Shown: piece after piece, positions 17,408 through 25,450 of the stretch
Layout: the number at the start of each line of letters is the position of its first letter
Numbering within the stretch: position 1 is the first letter of the stretch
DNA from: Rhodospirillales bacterium
GTDB lineage: Bacteria > Pseudomonadota > Alphaproteobacteria > Acetobacterales > Acetobacteraceae
Assembly (NCBI GenBank): GCA_025352665.1
Contig: JANXSM010000054.1
Span: forward strand, 7,027 to 71,026
Direction: 5' to 3'
Length of the DNA stretch: 64,000 bases
The notes under the pieces: model-generated
The model's database searches: none
Told to the model about the DNA's origin: nothing
What the model saw: the letters and a program-made list of their open reading frames with translations, nothing else
Position numbers and translations under genes: made by a program

Positions 17408-17454
17408 GCCAAACCGTCGTTGACACATCCGTCATGTGTCAACGACGGTTTGGC
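17408..17454. terminator. perfect 20-bp stem / 7-nt loop hairpin overlapping the esterase stop codon
   Basis: GCCAAACCGTCGTTGACACA-TCCGTCA-TGTGTCAACGACGGTTTGGC. The stop codon of the minus-strand esterase (17439-17441) lies in the second arm. Confidence 0.5.
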
Positions 17455-18449
17455 ATGAGTCCCCAAAACTCCACGATTTCCTGCGCCGCGGAAATCGGCG
17501 TCGGTGCCACCGTCGAATGCGGCGTCAACGCCCCGGCCGCGGGATAGCCATGCCCCATGCCGTCCACCAACCATAGCTCGACGCAAGGCCGGCCCTGGTC
17601 GTCGCGCCAGACTGTGTGCTGCGCGCCGGCCCGCGGTTCCGCGACCGGTTTGAGGTCGCGCCCCGCAAGCGCCGTCCATTGCGCGACCAGTTCATGCGCA
17701 TTGCCGACCGCCACCACCTGGTCGGCCGTGCCATGCCACACCGACAGCTGCGGCAGCGGCCCGGCATAGCCCACAGGGCCCAGCGCACGCGCCCTGGCCG
17801 CCCACAGCGCGCCGGTCAGATCGCTGCCATGGCCTGCCATCCGCGTCATGGCGCCGACCACGCCCGAGGCGGCACCCGCAGGCAGCCCCGCCACGATCGC
17901 CCCGCCCGCGAAGCACTCCGGATAGGCCGACAGCAGGCACGCCGCCATCGCCCCCCCGGCGGACAGGCCGGTGACGAACACCCGCGACGGATCGCAGCGA
18001 TGCAGCGCGATCGCGCCCATCACCATGGCGTGGATCGAGGCGACCTCCCCGTGGTCGCGCATGATGTCCTTGGTCTGGTACCAGTTGAAGCAGCGATGGC
18101 GATTGTTGTCCTGCACCTGGCGCGGCATCAGCAGCACCATGCCGAGCCGATCCGCCAGCACCCGCCAGCCGCTCGCCTCCGCCAACGCCAGCGGCTCCTG
18201 TTCGCAGCCATGCAGCACCACAACCAAGGGTGCCCCGCGGCGCAGGCCGGGCGGCACATGCACGATCTGCTCGAGCTGGCCGGGATTGGCCGGCGCTGGC
18301 GCCACCCGCCCAGGTTTCGCCCGTCCCCGCGCAGGCCGCACCGGCTTGGGGTTCAGCATCTGCAGGATCCGCGGCCCGACCAGCATCGCGCTCAGCCGCA
18401 TGAGGCTGCGGCTGGAGCGCATCATCGAAGTCAGGGAGCGTGGCGCCAT
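17439..18449 (-). CDS. PHB-depolymerase-family esterase (LpqC-like alpha/beta hydrolase)
   Basis: 'PLVVVLHGCEQEP', nucleophile elbow 'GLSAGGAMA', '..SVWHGTADQVV..'. The start is ambiguous (18575, 18449, 18425 or 18422). Confidence 0.75.
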   Translation of the reverse strand: MAPRSLTSMMRSSRSLMRLSAMLVGPRILQMLNPKPVRPARGRAKPGRVAPAPANPGQLEQIVHVPPGLRRGAPLVVVLHGCEQEPLALAEASGWRVLADRLGMVLLMPRQVQDNNRHRCFNWYQTKDIMRDHGEVASIHAMVMGAIALHRCDPSRVFVTGLSAGGAMAACLLSAYPECFAGGAIVAGLPAGAASGVVGAMTRMAGHGSDLTGALWAARARALGPVGYAGPLPQLSVWHGTADQVVAVGNAHELVAQWTALAGRDLKPVAEPRAGAQHTVWRDDQGRPCVELWLVDGMGHGYPAAGALTPHSTVAPTPISAAQEIVEFWGLMPNRR

Positions 18450-18661
18450 AAAGCTGATCCTATTGTGCGGTGCAACATAAAGGACCTCAACGCGCCCGTG
18501 CTCCGATCCGCCGCAGCACTTGCGCGATGGCTGCCATGACGCTCGCCGTGCAACCAATTCGGACATGGCCACCACCGCCGGCGCAGCGCGCTTGCCAGAA
18601 CGGTTGCTTCAACGCAAAACCCCTGGGCTGCCGCAATCGCTGCGCCCGAGGAGAGAGCTGC

Positions 18662-19450
18662 ATGTCCGATGAGACCCCGCACGTGAACGGAACCGCGCCC
18701 CCGGCCGCCACCCCGGCGGCTGCGCCTGCAACGCCGCTGCCGCTGTTCTTCACCGGCGTGGTCGGCGTCAACCCGACCCAGCACAGCGGTCTCAGGCTCG
18801 ATCGCAGCAAGGGTTTCGGCTTCGCCGCCCACGCCCAATCGATCCCGCTCGGCCTCGGCGAGATGGAGATCGCCTGCCAGCACTACCCGATCGTGTTCAC
18901 CGTCGGCCCCGCCCCCACGCCAGTGGCGTTGATGGGCCTGAAGGAGACCACCAACCCCTTCGTCGCCTCCGACGGCACCTGGCGCAACGACAGTTATGTG
19001 CCGGCCTATGTCCGCGCCTTCCCGTTCATTTTCGTGGAAGACCAGGCCACCTCCACTCTTTACGTCGGCATGGACCCCGCGGCCGCGGCGATCTCGACCG
19101 AATCGGGCGCCGCCATGTTCGAGGACGGCAAGCCCAGCCCGGCCCTGTCGGAAGCGATCAACTTCTGCGCCGCCTTCCGCGACAATCTCAACGCCGGCAT
19201 CGCGTTCGCCAAGGCGCTGGATGACGCAGGCCTGCTGGAGGAGGAGGAGGCCACCATCAACTTCACCGCCGGCGGCGTCGCCCGCGTGCGCGGCTTCAAG
19301 ATCCTGAAAGCCGACCGGCTCGACAAGGTGAGCGACGAAACCTTCATCGAATGGCGCCGACGCGGCTGGATCGGCCCGCTCTACGCCCATCTGCACAGCA
19401 CCGGCCGCTGGGCGCGTCTGGTGGAAATGTCGGTCCCCCCGACCACCTGA
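18662..19450 (+). CDS. SapC-family protein
   Basis: ATG at 18662 within track ORF 18470..19450. '..PLFFTGVVGVNPTQHSGLRL..YPIVF..YVPAYVRAFPF' matches the SapC-family pattern. Confidence 0.7.
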   Translation: MSDETPHVNGTAPPAATPAAAPATPLPLFFTGVVGVNPTQHSGLRLDRSKGFGFAAHAQSIPLGLGEMEIACQHYPIVFTVGPAPTPVALMGLKETTNPFVASDGTWRNDSYVPAYVRAFPFIFVEDQATSTLYVGMDPAAAAISTESGAAMFEDGKPSPALSEAINFCAAFRDNLNAGIAFAKALDDAGLLEEEEATINFTAGGVARVRGFKILKADRLDKVSDETFIEWRRRGWIGPLYAHLHSTGRWARLVEMSVPPTT

Positions 19451-19455
19451 GCGGG

Positions 19456-20853
19456 ATGCCCGATCTTACCCAGATTTATGATGTCGCCGTGGTCGGCGGC
19501 GGCAACGCCGCCCTCTGCGCTGCCATCATCGCGCGACAGGCGGGGGCAAGCGTCATCATCCTGGAATTCGCCCCCAAGGCGATGCGCGGCGGCAACAGCC
19601 GTCACACCCGCAACCTGCGCGCCATGCATGAAGGCCCGACCGCGGTCCTGACCGAAAGCTATCTTGAGGACGAATACTGGGACGACCTGCTGCGCGTGAC
19701 CGGCGGCAACACCGACGAGAAGCTGGCGCGGATGACAATCCGCCAATCGTCCAAGGTCACACCCTGGATGCACGAACAGGGCGTGCGCTTCCAGCCCTCG
19801 CTGACTGGCACGCTCAACCTCAGCCGCACCAACGCCTTCTTCCTCGGCGGCGGCAAGGCGCTGGTGAACGCCTATTACGGCACCGCCGAAAAGCTCGGCA
19901 TCGACATCCTCTACGACACCGAGGTCCTGTCGCTCGACCTCGACGACGGTTTCGCCAACTCCGTCACCTTCCTCCAAGGCGGCGAGCCAGTGACGCTGAA
20001 GGCGCGCAGCTTCGTGGTCGCCTCGGGCGGCTTCCAGGCCAACATCGAATGGCTGCGCGAATATTGGGGCGATGCCGCCGACAACTTCCGCATCCGCGGC
20101 ACGCCCTACGCCCAGGGCCGCATGCTGCGCGAACTGCTAGCCCAAGGCGTGCAGCAGATCGGCGACCCCACCCAGTTCCACGCCGTCGCCATCGACGCCC
20201 GCGCCCCACAGTTCGACGGCGGCATCGTAACCCGGCTCGACTGCATCCCGTTCAGCATCGTGGTCGACCGCAACGCCCACCGCTTCTACGACGAGGGCGA
20301 AGACGTGTGGCCCAAGCGCTACGCCATCTGGGGCCGCCTGGTCGCCCAGCAGGAAGGCCAGATCGCCTGGTCGATCATCGACCAGAAATCCGCCACCCTG
20401 TTCATGCCCTCCGTCTATCCCGCCATCCGCGCCGACAGCATCGGCGAACTCGCCGACAAGATCGGCCTCGACCGTGCAGCACTCGAAGCGACGGTCGCGG
20501 ACTACAACGCAGCCGTGGTGCCCGGCACGTTCAACAGCCAGATCCTCGACGACTGCCGCACCGAGGGTCTCACACCCAACAAAACCCACTGGGCACGCCG
20601 GCTCGATACGCCACCGTATTTATGCTACCCACATCGCCCCGGTATCACTTTCACCTATCTCGGCGTGAAGGTGGACGAGCAGGCCCGTGTCATCATGAAC
20701 GACGGCCGCCCGACCGCGAACCTGTTCGCCTCCGGCGAGATCATGGCAGGCTCCATCTTGGGCAAGGGCTATTTGGCTGGATTCGGCATGACCATCGGAA
20801 CCGTCTTCGGACAAATCGCAGGAAAACAGGCCGCCCGCCATGCACGCAACTGA
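19456..20853 (+). CDS. tcuA: tricarballylate dehydrogenase (FAD-dependent)
   Basis: 'YDVAVVGGGNAALCAAIIARQAGASVIILE..RGGNSRHTRNLR'. 465 aa. Followed by tcuB with a 14-nt overlap. Confidence 0.85.
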   Translation: MPDLTQIYDVAVVGGGNAALCAAIIARQAGASVIILEFAPKAMRGGNSRHTRNLRAMHEGPTAVLTESYLEDEYWDDLLRVTGGNTDEKLARMTIRQSSKVTPWMHEQGVRFQPSLTGTLNLSRTNAFFLGGGKALVNAYYGTAEKLGIDILYDTEVLSLDLDDGFANSVTFLQGGEPVTLKARSFVVASGGFQANIEWLREYWGDAADNFRIRGTPYAQGRMLRELLAQGVQQIGDPTQFHAVAIDARAPQFDGGIVTRLDCIPFSIVVDRNAHRFYDEGEDVWPKRYAIWGRLVAQQEGQIAWSIIDQKSATLFMPSVYPAIRADSIGELADKIGLDRAALEATVADYNAAVVPGTFNSQILDDCRTEGLTPNKTHWARRLDTPPYLCYPHRPGITFTYLGVKVDEQARVIMNDGRPTANLFASGEIMAGSILGKGYLAGFGMTIGTVFGQIAGKQAARHARN

Positions 20854-21952
20854 AGCAACTGCGGACGCCAAACGTTTCATCGAGATCTGCAACGCCTGCC
20901 GCTACTGCGAAGGCTATTGCGCGGTGTTCCCCGCCATGGAGCTGCAGCGCGACTTCACCGACACCGACATGTCGTATCTCGCCAACCTCTGCCACAACTG
21001 CAACGGCTGCTACCACGCCTGCCAGTTCTCGCCGCCGCACGAATGGGGCATCAACCTGCCCAAGGCCTTCGCGGAAGTGCGGTTGGAAAGCTACGCCGAA
21101 TACGCCTGGCCAGCCCCGCTCGCAGCCGCATTCCGCAGCAACGGCGTGGTGGTGGCGGTGGTCTCAGCCCTGGCACTCGCCTTCGTGCTGATCGGCGCCA
21201 GCGTGCTGGTTTCGCCGGTACGCCTGCTCGCCCCCCACACCGGCCCCGGCGCCTTCTATGCCGTGATCTCCTGGGGCGTCATGGCCAGCGTCGCCGGCGC
21301 CACCTTCCTGTTCTCACTCCTGGCGCTGGCCATCGGCGCCGTCCGGTTCTGGCGCGACACCAAAACCCATCTGACCGGCCCGATCCGCCTGGCAGACTGG
21401 GGCCGCGGCCTGCACGACGTCGCCACCCTGCGCTATCTCGGCGGCGCCGGCGAAGGCTGCAACGACGCAGACGCCAGTTTCTCGCTCGCCCGCAGGCATG
21501 CCCACCACGCCCTGTTCTACGGTTTCATGCTCTGCTTCGCCTCGACCGTGTCAGCCACGTTCTACGATCATTTCCTCGGCTGGATCGCGCCGTATTCCTG
21601 GGCAAGCCTTCCGGTGGTGCTCGGCACGCTCGGCGGCATCGGGATGCTCGTCGGCTGCATCGGCCTGGTGCGCATCAAGCTCAAGACCGACCCGGTACCC
21701 GTGGCCCGCCGCGTGCTTGGCGCCGACTACGCCTTGCTCGCCCTGCTGTTCATGGCCGCCGCCACCGGGCTGTTGCTGCTGGTGCTGCGCAGCACCGGCG
21801 CCATGGGCCTGCTGTTGGCGCTGCACTTGGGCGTGATCCTGTCGCTGTTCCTGTTGCTGCCGTATGGCAAGTTCGTGCACGGCATCTATCGGGGCACCGC
21901 CTTGCTGAAGGCTTCGGTCGAGCGGCGCAGAAACGAACTTATCGCCGGCTGA
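20840..21952 (+). CDS. tcuB: tricarballylate utilization 4Fe-4S membrane protein
   Basis: 'CNACRYCEGYCAVFP' and 'CHNCNGCYHACQFSPPHEW' followed by multiple transmembrane helices. Confidence 0.85.
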   Translation: MHATEATADAKRFIEICNACRYCEGYCAVFPAMELQRDFTDTDMSYLANLCHNCNGCYHACQFSPPHEWGINLPKAFAEVRLESYAEYAWPAPLAAAFRSNGVVVAVVSALALAFVLIGASVLVSPVRLLAPHTGPGAFYAVISWGVMASVAGATFLFSLLALAIGAVRFWRDTKTHLTGPIRLADWGRGLHDVATLRYLGGAGEGCNDADASFSLARRHAHHALFYGFMLCFASTVSATFYDHFLGWIAPYSWASLPVVLGTLGGIGMLVGCIGLVRIKLKTDPVPVARRVLGADYALLALLFMAAATGLLLLVLRSTGAMGLLLALHLGVILSLFLLLPYGKFVHGIYRGTALLKASVERRRNELIAG

Positions 21953-22074
21953 GATCTCATGGGCGGCCATGAACTTATTTCAACTTGTCTGTCACCGGGA
22001 AAACCCGCATTTTGCCAAAAGTTGCGCACGGATTGCATAGACGCAAACAAGAGACCACTGGGGGGAATTTAAGA

Positions 22075-23088
22075 ATGTGGATCGTGAGGCTTTTTGCTGC
22101 AGTTGCGCTGTCCACGATGGCAGCGGTCCCGGCCATGGCCCAGTCCCCCATCGTCATCAAGTTCAGCCACGTCGTGACCGAGAACACGCCCAAGGGCAAA
22201 GCCTCGCTCAAGTTCAAGGAACTGGCCGAAAAATACACCAACGGCAAGGTGAAGGTCGAAATCTACCCGAACTCGACGCTGTACAAGGATGGCGAGGAGA
22301 TGCAGGCCCTGCAGCTCGGCGCCGTGCAGATGCTCGCACCCTCGACCGCGAAGTTCGCCCCGCTCGGCGTCAAGCAGTTCGAGGCGCTCGACCTGCCCTA
22401 TATCTTCCGTGATCAGGCAGCCTATGACAGCATCATAAACGGCCCGGTCGGCAAGGGGCTGATGGCGCGGCTGGATGCCAAGGGCATTCACGGCCTCGCC
22501 TATTGGGACAACGGTTTCTACGTGATCTCGGCCAACCGGCCGCTGATCCACCCCGAAGACCTCAAGGGTCTCAAGATCCGCATCTCTGGCTCAAAGGTCG
22601 ATGACCAGACCTTGCGCGGCATGGGCGCCAATCCGCAAATCATGGCATTCTCGGAGCTCTATCAGGCGCTTCAGAGCGGCGTGGTCGACGGCGCACAGAA
22701 CACGGCCTCCAACTACACCTCGCAGAAGCTGTTCGAGGTGCAGAAAAACATGACAACCATCAACCACGTGCATCTGCAATACGCCGTCATCACCAACAAG
22801 AAGTTCTGGGACGGCCTGCCCGCGGACATCCGCACCGAGGTGAGCAAGGCGATGGACGAGGCCACCGCCTACAACAGCTCGATCTCCGTGCAGGAGAACG
22901 TGGATGCCATGAAGCTGATGCGCGCCTCGGGTAAAATCGACATCCACGATCCCACGCCGGCCGAGCTGAAGGAATGGCAGGACGCGATGCTGCCGGTCTA
23001 CAAGACCGCCGCCGCGCGGATCGGCCAGGACATGATCGACGAGATGATCAAGGCCGCTCCCTCGGCGATCATCAACACCACGAAGTAG
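22075..23088 (+). CDS. dctP: TRAP transporter substrate-binding protein (DctP family)
   Basis: Signal peptide 'MWIVRLFAAVALSTMAAVPAMAQ'. DctP-type core '..IKFSHVVTENTPKGKA..'. ATG at 22075. Confidence 0.85.
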   Translation: MWIVRLFAAVALSTMAAVPAMAQSPIVIKFSHVVTENTPKGKASLKFKELAEKYTNGKVKVEIYPNSTLYKDGEEMQALQLGAVQMLAPSTAKFAPLGVKQFEALDLPYIFRDQAAYDSIINGPVGKGLMARLDAKGIHGLAYWDNGFYVISANRPLIHPEDLKGLKIRISGSKVDDQTLRGMGANPQIMAFSELYQALQSGVVDGAQNTASNYTSQKLFEVQKNMTTINHVHLQYAVITNKKFWDGLPADIRTEVSKAMDEATAYNSSISVQENVDAMKLMRASGKIDIHDPTPAELKEWQDAMLPVYKTAAARIGQDMIDEMIKAAPSAIINTTK

Positions 23089-23165
23089 GCCTCTCCAGCC
23101 CGCTCAACCGCCCCTGTCCATCGCACGGCCAGGGGCGGCCCACGCTTACGACATGAGGTTGGTTG

Positions 23166-23747
23166 ATGTTTCTGCGCATACTCGACCGACTCGAGGAACT
23201 GATCATCTCGTTCCTGATCGGGGGTGCGACTCTGCTGATCTTCGTCGCGGTGCTGCAGCGCTACGGCAGCACCGTGCCATTCCTGTTCCCCTATCTGCAT
23301 GACATCGACCTGACCTGGGCGCAGGAGCTGTGCATCTACATGTTCGTCTGGATGGCCAAGTTCGGCGCCGCCTATGGCGTGCGCCAGGGCATCCATGTCG
23401 GCGTCGATGTGCTGGTCAACCGGCTCGGCGAGAATGTGCGCCGCCCGGTCATCCTGTTCGGGCTGCTCGGCGGCGTGGTGTTCACCGGCACGATCGCAGC
23501 ACTGGGCACCGCATTCGTGTGGGATCTGTCGGGCACCGACCAGCGCTCCAATGACATGGAGGCGCCGATGTGGATGGTGTATTCCGCCATTCCGCTCGGC
23601 TCGGGGCTGATGTGCTTCCGCTTCCTCCAAGTCGCCTGGGGCTTCTGGCGCACCGGCGAGGTGCCGCATCATTCCGGCCATTCCGTCGAGGGCGTGGCCG
23701 ATGACGGCGCGGCCCGCGATGTGGCACCTGTGGGGACTCACGCATGA
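23166..23747 (+). CDS. dctQ: TRAP transporter small permease (DctQ family)
   Basis: 193 aa with 4 predicted transmembrane helices. ATGA overlap with dctM at 23744-23747. Confidence 0.8.
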   Translation: MFLRILDRLEELIISFLIGGATLLIFVAVLQRYGSTVPFLFPYLHDIDLTWAQELCIYMFVWMAKFGAAYGVRQGIHVGVDVLVNRLGENVRRPVILFGLLGGVVFTGTIAALGTAFVWDLSGTDQRSNDMEAPMWMVYSAIPLGSGLMCFRFLQVAWGFWRTGEVPHHSGHSVEGVADDGAARDVAPVGTHA

Positions 23748-25204
23748 GCACCACCACTCTCCAGGCGCCGCTCGATCCCAACCGGGGACGCCTGGCCGCC
23801 ATCGCCATGATCCTGCTGCCGCTGTTCTTCATCGGCATCTGCATGCTGTCCTACGAACAGATCATTGTTGTGCCAGACGGCATGCGCGGCGTGGTCATCG
23901 CCGGCCTGCTGATTTCGCTGTTCATGACCGGCATGCCGATCTCCATCGCGCTCGGCCTGTCGGTGCTGACCTTCATGTTCACCATGACCACGGTGCCGGT
24001 GGTGGCGGTTTCGCTGAAGCTGTTCACCGGCATCGAGAAGTTCGAGATCATGTCGATCCCGTTCTTCATCCTGGCCGGCAATTTCCTCACCCATGGCGGT
24101 GTGGCCAAGCGGATGATCCATTTCGCCTCCACCATGGTCGGCCATTGGTATGGTGGCATGGGCCTGGCGGGCGTGGTGTCCTGCGCCCTGTTCGCTGCCA
24201 TCTCCGGCTCGTCGGTTGCAACTGTGGTGGCGATCGGCTCGATCATGCTGCCGGCGATGGTGCAGCAAGGCTATCCCAAGCGGTTCGGCGCCGGCGTCAT
24301 CGCCACCTCCGGCGCGCTGGGCATCCTGTTCCCGCCCTCGATCAACCTGGTCATCTACGCGGTCGCCACCAGCGGCATGAATCCGATGGGCCCCGATGGC
24401 CACACGGTCTCCTCGGCCTCGATCGGCACGCTGTTCATCGCCGGCATCGTTCCGGGCCTTTGCCTGGCTTTCCTGCTGGGCATCACCACCTGGTATCAGG
24501 CCAAGAAGCACGACTATCCCCGCCTGCCCCGCGCATCATGGGGCGAGCGCATCCGTGCTTTCTTCGATTGCTTCTGGGGCCTGTTCCTCATCGTCATCGT
24601 CATCGGCGGCATCTATGCCGGCCTGTTCACCCCCACCGAGGCCGCCGCCATGGCAGCCGTCTATGCCGGCTTCGTCGCGGTGTTCGTCTACAAAGACCTC
24701 AAGATCAGCGATATTCCGCGCGTGCTGCTGACCAGTGCCGCGATGAGTGCCATGATTCTCTACATCGTCACCAATGCCGTGCTGTTCTCGTTCCTGATGG
24801 TCTCCGAACAGATCCCACAGCACATGGCGGATTGGATGAGCGTGCAAGGCTTCGGCTGGGTCGGCTTCCTGTTGCTGTGCAACTTGATCTTGCTCGCCGC
24901 CGGCAACGTGATGGACCCCTCGGCGATGGTGCTGATCTTCGCTCCCATCCTGTTCCCGGTCGCCGTGCGGCTCGGCGTGAACCCGGTGCATTTCGGCATC
25001 ATGATGGCCGTGAACATGGAGATCGGCCTGTGCCACCCGCCGGTGGGCCTCAACCTCTACGTCGCCTCCGGCATCGCCAAGATGGGCATCACCGAGCTGA
25101 CCGTCGCCGTGCTGCCCTGGCTTTTGACCATGCTCGGCTTCCTCGTGGTCATCACCTACTGGCCAGGGCTCACCTTGTTCCTGCCCCACCTGCTCGGAAT
25201 GTAG
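23744..25204 (+). CDS. dctM: TRAP transporter large permease (DctM family)
   Basis: 486-aa polytopic membrane protein with DctM-type sequence. Completes the P-Q-M order. Confidence 0.9.
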   Translation: MSTTTLQAPLDPNRGRLAAIAMILLPLFFIGICMLSYEQIIVVPDGMRGVVIAGLLISLFMTGMPISIALGLSVLTFMFTMTTVPVVAVSLKLFTGIEKFEIMSIPFFILAGNFLTHGGVAKRMIHFASTMVGHWYGGMGLAGVVSCALFAAISGSSVATVVAIGSIMLPAMVQQGYPKRFGAGVIATSGALGILFPPSINLVIYAVATSGMNPMGPDGHTVSSASIGTLFIAGIVPGLCLAFLLGITTWYQAKKHDYPRLPRASWGERIRAFFDCFWGLFLIVIVIGGIYAGLFTPTEAAAMAAVYAGFVAVFVYKDLKISDIPRVLLTSAAMSAMILYIVTNAVLFSFLMVSEQIPQHMADWMSVQGFGWVGFLLLCNLILLAAGNVMDPSAMVLIFAPILFPVAVRLGVNPVHFGIMMAVNMEIGLCHPPVGLNLYVASGIAKMGITELTVAVLPWLLTMLGFLVVITYWPGLTLFLPHLLGM

Positions 25205-25214
25205 CGCCGGCGAT

Positions 25215-25269
25215 GGGTTGGATCGTTATGGCTTTGGATACTTCATCCAAAGCCATAACGATCCAACCC
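25215..25269. terminator. perfect 25-bp stem / 5-nt loop hairpin downstream of dctM
   Basis: GGGTTGGATCGTTATGGCTTTGGAT-ACTTC-ATCCAAAGCCATAACGATCCAACCC, followed by TTCATCTTCC. AT-rich relative to the surrounding sequence. Confidence 0.45.
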
Positions 25270-25450
25270 TTCATCTTCCGTTAACCTTCGTCTGCCAAAT
25301 TGGAGAGGTGAGCGATCCTGCCCTCGGGGCTTTTGGTTCCGTCGGCCGGCCGCTCCTGCGACCGGGGCAAAATGCACCGGCGCGTCCATAGGAACGGCAG
25401 ATGGATCACCTCCGCACACTCCGCTGCGATCTTGCGCCGATATCGATACG

